A DNA stretch of 64,000 nucleotides from assembly GCA_021780695.1 (NCBI GenBank), contig JAJXYD010000003.1, positions 18,784 to 82,783 of the forward strand, read 5' to 3'. Positions 19,754-30,464 of the stretch are shown piece after piece. The translations under genes and the position numbers were made by a program. This stretch comes from Deltaproteobacteria bacterium. Lineage in GTDB: Bacteria > Desulfobacterota > Syntrophobacteria > Syntrophobacterales > Syntrophobacteraceae. Below the pieces are notes generated by a model. The model saw only the letters and a program-made list of their open reading frames with translations. It had not been told where the DNA came from and ran no database searches. Within the stretch, counting starts at the first letter, position 1, and each line of letters opens with the position of its first letter.

Positions 19754-22117
19754 ATGGCAAACGATACCACCGTCTCGGATGGGAACCAAACCGGGTGGAG
19801 CGAAGAAAACGCGGCCTTTCTGGCCGCAATCGTGGATTCATCCGATGATGCGATTATCGGCAAGACCACCGAAGGCGTTGTTACCTCATGGAACCGGGCC
19901 GCCGAAAGGATCTACGGCTACAGTGGCCGGGAAATGATCGGTCAGTCGGTCGCTATACTCTTCCCTGCGGAATGCGCCGAAAATTTGTCCGATATCCTCG
20001 ATAAAATCAAACGCTCGGAGCGCATCGACCATTATGAGACTTTGCGAAGGAGAAAAGACGGAAAAATCATTAACGTATCCATTTCCGTCTCTCCGGTAAG
20101 GGACAAGACCGGCAAGGTCATAGGGGCCTCAACCATCGGTCGTGACATAACGGAGCGCAAGAGGTTGGAGACGGAGCTGCGCGAGGCCAGGGAGTGGTTC
20201 CGGGTAACGCTCCACAGTATCGGCGACGCGGTGATTGCAACGGATTCATCGGGCAACGTCACCTTTTTGAATCCGGTTGGCGCCAGGTTAACGGGCTGGT
20301 CGCCCGATGAGGCCGGGGGCAGACCCCTGAGCGAAGTCTTTCGGGTTATAAATGAAATAAGCCGAAAACCGGCCGAAAATATCGTGGAGCGGGTTTTAAG
20401 GGATGGTTGCATCGTTAACCTTGCCAATCATACTGCCTTGATAGATCGCGATGGCCGGGAGACGCCTATCGAGGATAGCGCCGCCCCTATCAGGGACGCT
20501 TTGGGCAATATTATCGGGGTGGTGCTCATATTCCACGATGTTACCGAGAGGCGCCGCGCCGAGCATAAACTTAAAAGCAGCAAAGCCCTTCTCCAGGATA
20601 TTGAGCGCCTGACCAAGGTGGGCGGCTGGGAGTACGACTGCGCCTCAAAACGCATGACCTGGACCGATGAAGTCTACCGCATCTACGGCATTTCGCCCCG
20701 CGCATCCCATCCCACTGACCTCGAACACCATATTTCTTTTTATTGTCAAAGCGACCGGGAAATCATAGGGCAGGCTTTCGATTGCGCCTTGGAGGATGCC
20801 ACGCCCTTCGATCTGGAACTGTGTGTTCTTAAGCCTGCGGGGCAAAAGGCCTATGTTCGCACGATCGGCCAACCCGAAGTTTGCGATGGCCGCATTTTGC
20901 GCGTGTACGGCAATATTATGGACATTACCGAGCGAAAGCGGCTCGAACAGGAGCAGGAGCGGGTGCGGGCACAACTGCGCCAGGCCCAGAAAATGGAGGC
21001 CCTCGGTACTCTTGCCGGAGGTATCGCCCATGATTTTAACAACGTTTTGGGGATAATCATGGGCTACACCGAGATGGCAAAGTTTGATCTGGAGCCAAAC
21101 CATCCCGTGGTGGCCAATCTTGACGAGATCCTTGGCGCCTCCAATCGGGCCAAGGCCCTGGTTAAGCAGATCCTTGCCTTCAGCCGCAGGAACGAGCAGC
21201 AGAAGATGTCTTTGCAACTAAACCTGGTGGTAAAGGAGGCCATGCAAATTCTGAGGCCCTCCCTGCCTTCCACCATCGAGATCAACTTGAAGGCCGACAA
21301 TAAGGCCTGCGTTCTGGCCGATCCTACCCAGATGCACCAGGTGTTGATGAACCTCTGCGCTAATGCGGCTCATGCCATGCAGGAAAATGGCGGAGTCCTC
21401 GAAGTGAGTCTTAGGGATATCGTCTTATCCGAAATTTCAGACTGGCAGGACCTCAAGGTGGGCAAATATGTCGAGCTTATGGTACGAGATACCGGTTGCG
21501 GTATCGATCCTCAGATAATGGATCTTATTTTCGATCCCTTTTTTACGACCAAAGGCGCCGGCGAGGGAACCGGCCTCGGCCTCTCCGTCGTCCACGGTAT
21601 AGTCAAAAGCCATGGCGGCGATATAAAGGTGCAAAGCGCTAAGGACAAAGGCACCACCTTCACCGTGCTCATTCCCGCTCTTGAAAACGGGACCCCCGGC
21701 CGGAAAACTTCCCTTGAATTTTGCCTTCCCAAAGGAACTGAACGCGTCCTGGTAGTCGATGACGAACCCCTGCTGGCCGCAATGGTCAAAAAGATGCTCG
21801 AAAAACAGGGCTATGAAGTGGTTAGCCGCACCAATGGAATCGAGGCGCTGGAGGTGTTTAGAAACCAGCCCCCTGATAAAAGATTCGATCTGGTGATAAC
21901 CGATATGACCATGCCTCATTGCACGGGCGCGGAACTGGCTCGCGAGATATCAAAATGCGAGGCCTCCGCGCCGGTGATCCTCATGACGGGCTATAGCAGT
22001 AAGATAGACTCCGAACTGGTAAAAACTTCAGCAATTAAGGCGCTTCTCATGAAACCGGTGGCTATCGGCGACCTCGCCGTCACCGTGCGAAACGTATTGG
22101 ACAAAAAGGCTCTTTAG
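19754..22117 (+). CDS. multi-PAS hybrid sensor histidine kinase (PAS x3-4, HisKA, HATPase_c, receiver)
   Basis: Repeated PAS signatures (DAIIGKT..G.V.SWN.AAERIYGY; RDITERKR). H-box LAGGIAHDFNNVL, G-boxes DTGCGI and GTGLGLSVV, and the C-terminal receiver VLVVDDE...DLVITDMTMP. Confidence 0.9.
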   Translation: MANDTTVSDGNQTGWSEENAAFLAAIVDSSDDAIIGKTTEGVVTSWNRAAERIYGYSGREMIGQSVAILFPAECAENLSDILDKIKRSERIDHYETLRRRKDGKIINVSISVSPVRDKTGKVIGASTIGRDITERKRLETELREAREWFRVTLHSIGDAVIATDSSGNVTFLNPVGARLTGWSPDEAGGRPLSEVFRVINEISRKPAENIVERVLRDGCIVNLANHTALIDRDGRETPIEDSAAPIRDALGNIIGVVLIFHDVTERRRAEHKLKSSKALLQDIERLTKVGGWEYDCASKRMTWTDEVYRIYGISPRASHPTDLEHHISFYCQSDREIIGQAFDCALEDATPFDLELCVLKPAGQKAYVRTIGQPEVCDGRILRVYGNIMDITERKRLEQEQERVRAQLRQAQKMEALGTLAGGIAHDFNNVLGIIMGYTEMAKFDLEPNHPVVANLDEILGASNRAKALVKQILAFSRRNEQQKMSLQLNLVVKEAMQILRPSLPSTIEINLKADNKACVLADPTQMHQVLMNLCANAAHAMQENGGVLEVSLRDIVLSEISDWQDLKVGKYVELMVRDTGCGIDPQIMDLIFDPFFTTKGAGEGTGLGLSVVHGIVKSHGGDIKVQSAKDKGTTFTVLIPALENGTPGRKTSLEFCLPKGTERVLVVDDEPLLAAMVKKMLEKQGYEVVSRTNGIEALEVFRNQPPDKRFDLVITDMTMPHCTGAELAREISKCEASAPVILMTGYSSKIDSELVKTSAIKALLMKPVAIGDLAVTVRNVLDKKAL

Positions 22118-22162
22118 GATTAAAGCCTTTTCGAGTTCCGTGCACATGAAAACCTTTGTCCT

Positions 22163-22543
22163 TCAGGTTTCCGCGATTACTACGGCCGCGGCGTATTCGC
22201 CTTCGTCGGTAAGGCTGAGGTGCCAGGACCGGACGCCCTTATCCCGGCAGTAGTCAAGGGCTCGCGGGCTAAGAAAAATCTCGGGTTTTCCCAGCCCGTC
22301 GGGCCTAACTTCGATATCGCGCCACATGACCGGTTTTCGCATCCCAAGGCCCAAGGCTTTTACAAAGGCCTCTTTTGCCGCAAACCTCATTGCCAGGCAC
22401 GCCGTGCGGTTTTTCCTCTCCGAACAGTATTCGAGTTCGAAGTCGGTAAAAATCCTCTTGGCAAACCTCTGGCCCCACCGCTCCAGCGATTTGCCAAGCC
22501 GTCCCACAATCACGATATCTATGCCGACTCCATATACGGGCAC
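22163..22543 (-). CDS. acpS: holo-[acyl-carrier-protein] synthase
   Basis: YGVGIDIVIVGRL...RFAAKEAFVKALG. 126 aa, the typical AcpS size. Confidence 0.9.
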   Translation of the reverse strand: MPVYGVGIDIVIVGRLGKSLERWGQRFAKRIFTDFELEYCSERKNRTACLAMRFAAKEAFVKALGLGMRKPVMWRDIEVRPDGLGKPEIFLSPRALDYCRDKGVRSWHLSLTDEGEYAAAVVIAET

Positions 22544-22547
22544 TGTC

Positions 22548-23282
22548 TTAGCCCATCAAGGCAAGCATTTCGCGAACCGCACGGTCCATTCCCACAAGGA
22601 CCGCGCGGGCTATTACCGAGTGACCTATGCTGAACTCCTCTATTTCCGTTATTTTTTTAAGCCATATTATGTTGCGGTAATCGACCCCGTGGCCCGCATG
22701 AACCCCTAGCTCGAGCTTTTGCGCCAGCCTTGCGGCCGTAATGAGTCGCTCAAACTGCTCCTGGCGATCCGAAAAGGTCTTTGCCTCCGCAAAAGCTCCC
22801 GTGTGCAGTTCGATGTAGTCGGCTTCGAGCTTTCTGGCCGCCTTTATTTGCTTTGGGTCCGGGTCGATAAACAGGCTGACCGCGATCCGGCTGGCGTGAA
22901 GGGTTTCAATTACCCCTTTTAGCGAGGTCTCGAAAGTGGCTGCGTCAAGGCCCCCTTCGGTCGTAAGCTCCTGGCGCTTTTCCGGGACAAGCGTGGCTAC
23001 GTCGGGTTTTATCTTCTGGGCGATTTCGACTATTTCCCGGGTGGCCGCCATCTCGAGATTGAGCTTGGTTTTGACGGTCTTTCGCAGTACCGCTACATCT
23101 CTATCCTGGATATGGCGCCGATCCTCCCTTAGGTGGACCACTATGCCGTGGGCTCCCGCAAGTTCGGCAAAAACGGCCGCCGCGACAGGGTCGGGCTCGC
23201 TGGCAAGACGCGCTTGCCTTACCGTGGCTACATGATCGACATTTATGGCTAGTCTTGGCAATTTTTCTCCCCAAAAAACCAT
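22548..23282 (-). CDS. pdxJ: pyridoxine 5'-phosphate synthase
   Basis: LAINVDHVATVRQAR, HLREDRRHI, ELHTG, and GHGVDY near the C-terminus. Confidence 0.92.
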   Translation of the reverse strand: MVFWGEKLPRLAINVDHVATVRQARLASEPDPVAAAVFAELAGAHGIVVHLREDRRHIQDRDVAVLRKTVKTKLNLEMAATREIVEIAQKIKPDVATLVPEKRQELTTEGGLDAATFETSLKGVIETLHASRIAVSLFIDPDPKQIKAARKLEADYIELHTGAFAEAKTFSDRQEQFERLITAARLAQKLELGVHAGHGVDYRNIIWLKKITEIEEFSIGHSVIARAVLVGMDRAVREMLALMG

Positions 23283-23734
23283 TGGAATTCCTTGCCGCCA
23301 TGGCCTAGCCCTGACAGGAGTTCCTCGGTTTTCATTTCCATTTTTTTTGCCTGCTCCGGGCTCTCCTCATGGTTTAAGCCCAGCAGATGAAGAATACCAT
23401 GAATGAGCAGCAGATCCAGTACCGATTCAAACGATGTGGAGTTTTGCTCACTCATCCGCTTGGCGGTTTGAGCCGAAATCACTACGTCTCCAAGCATATC
23501 CGCGGCAATCTCGCCAAATTCGCCCTCGAGCATCGGAAAGGATAAAACGTCGGTCGTCTGGTCTATGCCTCGGTAGTCCCGGTTTAGCTCCGCCATCCTG
23601 GTATCGTCGACTATAAGGATGCTCAGCTCCGCCTCAGTGTATCCCAAGGCGCTTAAGACCAGGCTCGCCGCGTTCTTTAGGCGCCCCTGTTTTATCTTTG
23701 TCCGGCTTTGGTTCGCGAGCTGGATCCTGGACAT
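23249..23734 (-). CDS. ybeY: rRNA maturation endoribonuclease YbeY
   Basis: LSILIVDDTRMAELNRDYRGIDQTTDVLSFP and the zinc motif HGILHLLGLNHE. Start taken at MSRIQL. Confidence 0.9.
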   Translation of the reverse strand: MSRIQLANQSRTKIKQGRLKNAASLVLSALGYTEAELSILIVDDTRMAELNRDYRGIDQTTDVLSFPMLEGEFGEIAADMLGDVVISAQTAKRMSEQNSTSFESVLDLLLIHGILHLLGLNHEESPEQAKKMEMKTEELLSGLGHGGKEFQWFFGEKNCQD

Positions 23735-26090
23735 CGGTTTTTGCCTTTCCATTATTCGTTGAGGGATATTCTATGCGCTTGTGATGAATCGTGGCCAGGA
23801 TTTGGTTGAAGTGCTTGGCTATCTGGTGGATGTCCTTAAGTGTCAGTTCGCATTCGTCAAGCTGGCCGTCGCTAAAGATGTTGTTCATCAGCTTGTTTAC
23901 CATGCCCTGGATCCTGGCCGGGGTCGGCTCGGTAAGGGTACGGCAGGCTGCCTCCACAACATCTGCCAGTAAAACCAGCCCTGCCTCCTTGGTCTGGGGT
24001 TTGGGCCCCGGATAGCGGTAGTCGTCGGCGTTTATCGGAGGAAGCGGCACCGACTTGGCGCTCTGGGTCTTTTCCCGGGCCTCGATGGCCTTGTTGTAGA
24101 AAAACGATATCGAGCTCTTACCGTGGTGCTGGCTGATAATATCGATTATCTCCTTGCCAAGGTGGTGCTGTCTGGCAAGCTCTACACCGTCTTTTACGTG
24201 AGAGATCAAAATAAGGCTGCTCATCGATGGGGCAAGCTTCTCGTGACGGTTTTCGCACTGAAACTGATTTTCAATGAAATAAAGAGGCTTTTTGGTCTTG
24301 CCGATATCGTGATAATAGGCCGCTACCTTGGCAAGAAGAGCGTTTGCCCCGATGGACTTGGCCGCGGCTTCCACCATGTTGCCCACTATGATGCTGTGAT
24401 GGTAGGTCCCCGGCGCCTCAACCATGAGATCCTGGAGCAGGGGCTGATCCATGGTCGCAAGTTCAAGCAGCTTGGTGTCTGTTGTGTAGCCAAACAGCAT
24501 TTCGGCAAGCGGGGTCAAACCGCTTGCAAGTATCCCCGCGAAGACTCCCCCGAAAAGTCCGAAAAAACAATTCCCAAGAACCTTTAAAAATACCCACTGC
24601 CCCTGAAAAAAAGAACATAAAATGATTAAAACCACATTCGCCAGGCCAACGAGCATCCCCGCCTTTATGGGAACCATTCTGTTTTTGCACTGGGAAACCG
24701 AATGGGCCGCGACGAAGGCGCCTATCATAAAATAGAAAAACATCGCAAATTCTTTTCCGAAAATAATGCCGGAAAATAGCGTTACAACCAGAGAAAAAAT
24801 AATGGAGGATGTCACCCCGAAAAATATGCAGGCTATCATCGCTCCCGCACTGAGCGGGACGGCGTAGATGAAGGAACTCGTCGAGAGTATGCTCGAATTA
24901 TTCCCTATATTGTCCCCGAACCATATGCCGAGCCTTGCCACCATGAGAAGTAAAATCAGCAGGATCCCTAAAAAAACATAGTCGCGCATATCCGGGCGAA
25001 GATAGGGCAAACTCTTTTCCACTACATGTAAAACAATCCCCAGGGTGATGGTGCAGAAGGTAAATGTCGCAAAAAGCACGACAAACCAGGGGATATTGGA
25101 GGATTTTTTAAACTGGTGCCTGAGCTTTAACACCTCTTCCGGCCCGATGATCTGCCCCTCGCGCACCAGCATTTCATTGCGGGCGATTTTAATGAAAACA
25201 GGTTTTACCGCCGCCTTTGCCTGCGCCCGCTTTTTTTGCGTGGCGATCAGGTTGAAACTAAGATCGGGCTTTAGTAAAGAGGAGACGATCGCCGATATAA
25301 GCATAAGCTCTCGAACGTCGCGTCCGGGCTCCAAGGCCTGCATTACGATCATCTTGCGGGCTTCGTTTATATCCATGTAAGGAAAGGGCGGCTGCACCAG
25401 GGTCTCCTTGCCCGTTCCAACCTTTCGAATGACGATGTCTCTGTTCTGCTCTCCCGCCCCCCATGCCTTGCTTGACACAATCCCCCGGTCCATCATCGTC
25501 CGTAAAAGCCCTTCGATCTTATTTTCAACGTCGGGGCTGAACTGCTTCTGGATAAGACATCTGAAAATGTCCGCGCCTACCGGGCAGCCCAGAGCTTTTT
25601 CGAAATCCCGCCTCTCCTTGCTGGTGCGATCGACGGAATCGGGGACCCTGGGGGCCGCGTTTGGCGTAAAACCTGCCGGATTCTGGCCCGGGGGCATCGC
25701 TACGGGCTGAAACCCCGCTGCGCTTCGCATTGCATTAAACGATTCATTGAGCTTTTCCAGTATCCCCTTTGCCACCGTGGGATCATAGTCGTAGACAAGG
25801 GGCGACTGCTCCACGGCTTCCTCCCGCTTCTTGGCAGTCGCCGCCTCGTCTTCGACTAAAAAATCATGCTTGGCCTTTATGTTTTGATCCGCGATCTGGC
25901 CCAGCCGGTAGTGCGGGGTTTCGATCATGAAGGAAGGATTTACAAGAATTGCTATGAGAAGGCTTACTCCCAGGAGCAAAAACCTCTTCTGGCACAGATG
26001 GCTTTGAAGACTACAGGGGATCAGCCTCTTAAATAACTTCACCCCCGATGCAAAGCCTGTTCGATTCGGCTCCCGCTTATCCTTGTCCAT
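23634..26090 (-). CDS. 7TM-receptor-HD (HDIG) phosphohydrolase, PgpH/YqfF family
   Basis: 818 aa. Extracytoplasmic N-domain, a roughly 7-TM block, then the HD domain (HHSIIVGNMVEAAAKSIG...AAYYHDIGK...HH..GK). Confidence 0.88.
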   Translation of the reverse strand: MDKDKREPNRTGFASGVKLFKRLIPCSLQSHLCQKRFLLLGVSLLIAILVNPSFMIETPHYRLGQIADQNIKAKHDFLVEDEAATAKKREEAVEQSPLVYDYDPTVAKGILEKLNESFNAMRSAAGFQPVAMPPGQNPAGFTPNAAPRVPDSVDRTSKERRDFEKALGCPVGADIFRCLIQKQFSPDVENKIEGLLRTMMDRGIVSSKAWGAGEQNRDIVIRKVGTGKETLVQPPFPYMDINEARKMIVMQALEPGRDVRELMLISAIVSSLLKPDLSFNLIATQKKRAQAKAAVKPVFIKIARNEMLVREGQIIGPEEVLKLRHQFKKSSNIPWFVVLFATFTFCTITLGIVLHVVEKSLPYLRPDMRDYVFLGILLILLLMVARLGIWFGDNIGNNSSILSTSSFIYAVPLSAGAMIACIFFGVTSSIIFSLVVTLFSGIIFGKEFAMFFYFMIGAFVAAHSVSQCKNRMVPIKAGMLVGLANVVLIILCSFFQGQWVFLKVLGNCFFGLFGGVFAGILASGLTPLAEMLFGYTTDTKLLELATMDQPLLQDLMVEAPGTYHHSIIVGNMVEAAAKSIGANALLAKVAAYYHDIGKTKKPLYFIENQFQCENRHEKLAPSMSSLILISHVKDGVELARQHHLGKEIIDIISQHHGKSSISFFYNKAIEAREKTQSAKSVPLPPINADDYRYPGPKPQTKEAGLVLLADVVEAACRTLTEPTPARIQGMVNKLMNNIFSDGQLDECELTLKDIHQIAKHFNQILATIHHKRIEYPSTNNGKAKTDVQDPAREPKPDKDKTGAPKERGEPGLKRLGIH

Positions 26091-26092
26091 GT

Positions 26093-27148
26093 TCAGCTTC
26101 TTTGGGCCTCCGGAGTAGGGCCGGATTTAGCCTTTTCGTTCTTTTCGTAGGCCTCGATGATGTCTTGAACAAGCCTGTGCCTTACAACATCGCGCTTTGT
26201 AAAATTGACCATCTTGATCCCCTTGACGTCCTGGAGAAGCTCGATTGCCTCCACCAGGCCCGAGGGCTTGCTTTCCGGAAGATCTATCTGGGTTATATCT
26301 CCGGTTATCACCGCCTTTGAGCCCATCCCCAGGCGGGTTAGAAACATCTTCATCTGTTCGGTGGTGGTGTTCTGGGCTTCGTCGAGTATTACGAAGGAAT
26401 CGTTTAGCGTGCGGCCCCTCATGAAGGCAAGGGGCGCTACTTCGATCACGCCCTTTAATATCAGAGTGTTTGCTCGCTCGAAGTCCATCATGTCGTGGAG
26501 TGCGTCATAGAGGGGGCGAAGATAGGGATTTACCTTCTCGGCAAGATCTCCGGGCAAAAATCCCAGTTTCTCGCCCGCTTCCACCGCCGGGCGCACCAGC
26601 ACGATGCGCCGGACCAACTCCTTTGCCAGCGCCCCAACCGCGGTGGCCATGGCAAGGTAGGTCTTGCCCGTTCCGGCCGGTCCGATGCCGAACACAATGT
26701 CATAGCCGCGGATAGCCTCTATATATTCCTTCTGCTTTGCACTTTTGGGACTGATGGTCTTTTTGTTGGAGGCAATAAAGACCTGGTCGAGAAAAATGTC
26801 GACCAGCCGCCGGTTTATGTTGTCCCTCAAGATCTGGATCGCAAAGAGAATGTCGCTCTCATAGAGAGGATAGCCCCGGCCGATAAGGTCGGCCAGTTCG
26901 TTGAGAAGCCTCTCGACAATCTCGACATCGGCCCGTGCCCCCGAAACCCTTATCTGGTTTCCCCGAAGGTGAAGCTGAACATCGAGTTGCCGCTCGATTG
27001 TCTTTAGGTGAGAGTTCCTCTCGCCCGCGAGCAACTGCAGCAAATGATTGTCTTCAAAGATAACCTGAACGGAGCCGTCAGGGTCGTTTTTACGGTTGTG
27101 AAGCGCTTGCGCCAAAGTTTTCTCGCCCCTAATAACAAATGTTTTCAA
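26093..27148 (-). CDS. PhoH-family ATPase (YbeZ-like, with an N-terminal KH-like region)
   Basis: Walker [14 protein letters not shown], then [17 protein letters not shown] and [11 protein letters not shown]. Gene order phoH-pgpH-ybeY. Confidence 0.9.
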   Translation of the reverse strand: MKTFVIRGEKTLAQALHNRKNDPDGSVQVIFEDNHLLQLLAGERNSHLKTIERQLDVQLHLRGNQIRVSGARADVEIVERLLNELADLIGRGYPLYESDILFAIQILRDNINRRLVDIFLDQVFIASNKKTISPKSAKQKEYIEAIRGYDIVFGIGPAGTGKTYLAMATAVGALAKELVRRIVLVRPAVEAGEKLGFLPGDLAEKVNPYLRPLYDALHDMMDFERANTLILKGVIEVAPLAFMRGRTLNDSFVILDEAQNTTTEQMKMFLTRLGMGSKAVITGDITQIDLPESKPSGLVEAIELLQDVKGIKMVNFTKRDVVRHRLVQDIIEAYEKNEKAKSGPTPEAQRS

Positions 27149-27365
27149 TCCCCGATTTCTTAGATCTTGTCATTATTATCATGCAAATTTTAACCTGACA
27201 ACAGCCTGTTGAAATCGTCATAACCATTTGCTATTGAAAGGCGTCGGCATTGCTGCCAAAATATAGGCCTGTTCGGGCCGGTTTTATTTAGAGCCAGTTT
27301 TTTTATCGCCCCGGGGCCTCTTTGGGGCGACACTGCCCCTTTTTTCCGCATGGTGGTCTTATAGT

Positions 27366-27962
27366 ATGAATATACTTGACTGGATATTGATTTGTACGGC
27401 TGCTTTATGCGTGATTAGAGGTCTTATGCGCGGGGCGGTTTCCCAGATATTCGGCATTCTGGGTATTTTTGCCGGGTTTCTGGTGGCCTCCTATCAATAT
27501 ATTGCGGTAAGTCTTTTCCTTGCCGGCCGGTTTCCTTCCCTTGCCCCCTTTTCCCGTCCTCTAAGCTTTGTTCTGCTTTTCCTGCTCACCTGGTTTTGCC
27601 TCGGGGTAGTGGGCCTGTGGATTGTAAAACTGCTGCGCGTTGTGGGCCTTGGGTTTATAGACAGGCTCTGGGGCGCTATGATCGGGTTTGGAAAGGCTTT
27701 TCTTTTCGCGATGATACTGATCTCGATTCTTACTTTGTTTTCCTTCGGAGGCAACCCTTCCCTTATCACCACCTCAAGACTTGCTCTCCCCATTCTCAAG
27801 GCCTCCAATCTGCTCTTCGAGTTGGCGCCCGCAAACGTGCAAACCCAACTTGCCGGCAGGCAGCGCACCCTCCAAAAGATAATCTCGGGGAGGGCGGCCG
27901 CACTGATTGGCTCCTTTGCCGGGGCCGGTTCAAAGGGAAAAGATGCAAACAGCAAAAACTGA
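27366..27962 (+). CDS. cvpA: CvpA family membrane protein
   Basis: MNILDWILICTAALCVIRGLMRGAVSQIFGILGIFAGFLVA. Four TM segments, typical CvpA layout. Confidence 0.85.
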   Translation: MNILDWILICTAALCVIRGLMRGAVSQIFGILGIFAGFLVASYQYIAVSLFLAGRFPSLAPFSRPLSFVLLFLLTWFCLGVVGLWIVKLLRVVGLGFIDRLWGAMIGFGKAFLFAMILISILTLFSFGGNPSLITTSRLALPILKASNLLFELAPANVQTQLAGRQRTLQKIISGRAAALIGSFAGAGSKGKDANSKN

Positions 27963-27975
27963 TCGTTGTATAGCC

Positions 27976-28623
27976 ATGGAAGAAATCCTTTCGATTATCG
28001 AGCGGCTGCTTGGCGAAAACGGCTGCCCCTGGGACCGCAAGCAAACTCCTGAAACCGTTCAGACCTACCTGGTCGAGGAAGCTCACGAAGCCGCCGCGGC
28101 TGTTAGGGGTGCAAAAACGGCCGAGGTTGCCGAGGAGCTTGGAGATGTGCTCTTTATGGTGTTTTTCCTCGCCCGCCTGTATGAGGCACGAGGGGAGTTT
28201 ACCCTGGAAGATGTCTGCGCGCTTATAAGCGAGAAGATGATTAGAAGACATCCTCACGTTTTTGGCGAAACCAGCGTCAATTCGGCCGAAGAAGTAAAAG
28301 ATAACTGGGAAAAGATCAAAAAATTGGAAAAGAAGGCAAGCGGCAAATCCGCCCAGCCCGTGCCGGATTCTCTTCCCGCTCTCATACGCGCCTACAGGAT
28401 GCTCTCCCGCTTGCCCCACGGCAAGGATGAGGACTGGAACGATCTGCCCTCGCAGGTAAGCCGGTTCGAAAAACAAAGCGGTGAACTTGCAACCAGGATC
28501 GAAGCCTGCCAGGGGCTCGAAGATTACTTCGGCGGCCTTCTGGCCCGTCTGGTCAATATCGCCCGCCTTAAAGGCTACCGCGCCGAAGATCTTTTGCACG
28601 GCTTCCTGCGAAAACTCGAATAG
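27976..28623 (+). CDS. mazG: MazG-family nucleoside triphosphate pyrophosphohydrolase
   Basis: LLGENGCPWDRKQTPETVQTYLVEEAHEAA...ELGDVLFMVFFLARL...RRHPHVF. The alternative start at 27943 cannot be excluded. Confidence 0.85.
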   Translation: MEEILSIIERLLGENGCPWDRKQTPETVQTYLVEEAHEAAAAVRGAKTAEVAEELGDVLFMVFFLARLYEARGEFTLEDVCALISEKMIRRHPHVFGETSVNSAEEVKDNWEKIKKLEKKASGKSAQPVPDSLPALIRAYRMLSRLPHGKDEDWNDLPSQVSRFEKQSGELATRIEACQGLEDYFGGLLARLVNIARLKGYRAEDLLHGFLRKLE

Positions 28624-28667
28624 AGTCAAAAAATTTTTAGATGGAAGCCTTCCCGGGGCTCTGGCGA

Positions 28668-30320
28668 TTACTTCGCCAGAGGCTGTTCCTCAAGGCGTTG
28701 CCATTGGCTTGAAAGCCCGGAGAAACTCTCTGCCATCCGGTGGAGTTTCTCATACTTTTCGATAAGTGTGCGGCTGGCCTCCGACTCGTTTGCCCAATCC
28801 ATATCCATCATTTCGTAGTCGTGGAAAGTGCGCATGATGGTTGCCTCGGCCAGGGAAAAGATGTGTGCGTTTATCCCTCTCAGGGCCTCCATGACCGTCT
28901 CACACAGGGTCGGCGGCCGCCGGCCCCACCCTGCCGCATCCCTTAGCACCCTCGCGCCGTCCCGGTAGAGGCGGCCAAGGAGACCGTATCTTTTGCCCAG
29001 GGCCAGTTTCTTGGCTCTAAAGGAGGGGGAGTGGGCCAATTTTTCGACCATCTCGCCTTCAAACTCTTTATCGGCCTCCAGGCCCAGGGCCCTTTGCCAG
29101 AACATCGTGTTTATAAACCCCGTTTCGTATCCCTCCGGGACCCTCGATGTAATCGGGGCATAGAGCATCGTTCCGTTTGAAAGAAACCGGGATTCATAGG
29201 CGAAAAGGTTCGGATAATCGGGCAGCGCCCTCTTTGGGCCATACAACATCATCTCGGCCGCGGTTTTTACTGCTTCAACATCCAGATAATCTCCGCAGCG
29301 GGTTTTCCCGCACCTCTGATTGTGACAGGGCGAACACTCGGTTTGGACCTGCAAGACCACATTTCCGCTTCCGAAGGGGCCGGTTTCGGCGAAATAGGCC
29401 GTTGAAAAGTAGAGGCCGAGAACCCTGGTTCCAACCGCCGCGGCTATGTGGCTGGTTCCCGTGTCGTTGCTTATGACAAGATCGCATCTTTGGAGAATGG
29501 CGGGCAGATCGGCTACGCGGGTTTTCCCGATCAGGTTGATTATCGCTGTCTCTGTTTGCCCAAGGAATTCTTCGCCAAGTCCTTTTTCCCCCGGACTGCC
29601 CAAAAGAACCACTTCGGCTCCCAACCGGCCCGACAGATAGCTTCCCAGGGCCGCGAAGTTTCCAACCGGCCATGCGCGGTGGAGTTGGTTTGCTCCAAGC
29701 TGCAGGGCCACGAGCTTGCCGGTCTTTTTCCATCCGCCGGCTTTTAAAATCTCCCCGGCCCTTACCGCCTCATCCTCTTTAACCTCCAGCCACTTGTCCA
29801 TGGCCCCATGGGGCAGTCCCGCCATTCCTATGTGGATATCGACCAGGTTCATCAGGTTTTCCATCCTGTTTTCCCTGTTTGCTACCGCGCAAAACAGATA
29901 CTTGCCCCAGTCGCCCGCAACCCCTACCCGATCATTATCGAGGTAGTAGCGGCCCGATTTTTTCCTGCCCGCAACCGCCCGGCAGATGAGAGCCGAAAAA
30001 TATCCATGGGTGAGATTGATGACCTGATCGTAGCTTTCGCAAAGCTCCGGGAGACCCAGCAGGAAGTTTAGCCTGGGAGAGGGACTCCTTATGGCGTGCA
30101 GGGTTTTGTAATAGGCGTAAGGGACGGAAACGAAACGGTCAACCAGCGGACACCCATGCAGGAGTTCGATCGATTCTCTAATGCAAAGCAGCGTTGTCTC
30201 GCAGGAGGGCTTCGTCTCCTTTAGCCGTTTTAGAAGCGGAAGGCTCTGCACTACGTCCCCCATCCGGCACATCTGGATAATCAGCACCTTTTCGCATCGG
30301 TTCCCGGGACCCAAAAGCAT
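28668..30320 (-). CDS. glycosyltransferase family 9 (heptosyltransferase-like) with a C-terminal extension of about 200 aa
   Basis: ATG at 30320 preceded by AAGGAGGA. GT9 signatures KVLIIQMCRMGDVVQSLPLLKRLK and ISNDTGTSHIAAAVGTRVLGLY. The C-terminal part (about 28668..29270) matches nothing I recognise. Confidence 0.75.
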   Translation of the reverse strand: MLLGPGNRCEKVLIIQMCRMGDVVQSLPLLKRLKETKPSCETTLLCIRESIELLHGCPLVDRFVSVPYAYYKTLHAIRSPSPRLNFLLGLPELCESYDQVINLTHGYFSALICRAVAGRKKSGRYYLDNDRVGVAGDWGKYLFCAVANRENRMENLMNLVDIHIGMAGLPHGAMDKWLEVKEDEAVRAGEILKAGGWKKTGKLVALQLGANQLHRAWPVGNFAALGSYLSGRLGAEVVLLGSPGEKGLGEEFLGQTETAIINLIGKTRVADLPAILQRCDLVISNDTGTSHIAAAVGTRVLGLYFSTAYFAETGPFGSGNVVLQVQTECSPCHNQRCGKTRCGDYLDVEAVKTAAEMMLYGPKRALPDYPNLFAYESRFLSNGTMLYAPITSRVPEGYETGFINTMFWQRALGLEADKEFEGEMVEKLAHSPSFRAKKLALGKRYGLLGRLYRDGARVLRDAAGWGRRPPTLCETVMEALRGINAHIFSLAEATIMRTFHDYEMMDMDWANESEASRTLIEKYEKLHRMAESFSGLSSQWQRLEEQPLAK

Positions 30321-30464
30321 GCAAAGTCCTCCTTCCTCAAACAACCCTTGGAGCAAACCGCTCGACGGCAATGCTGCCCGCCCGCGTCCGCATCTGCGCG
30401 AGGTCGTACTTCATCTGCATCCGCAGCCAAGTGTCCGCCGTAGTGCCCAAAGGTCTTTATCGTT

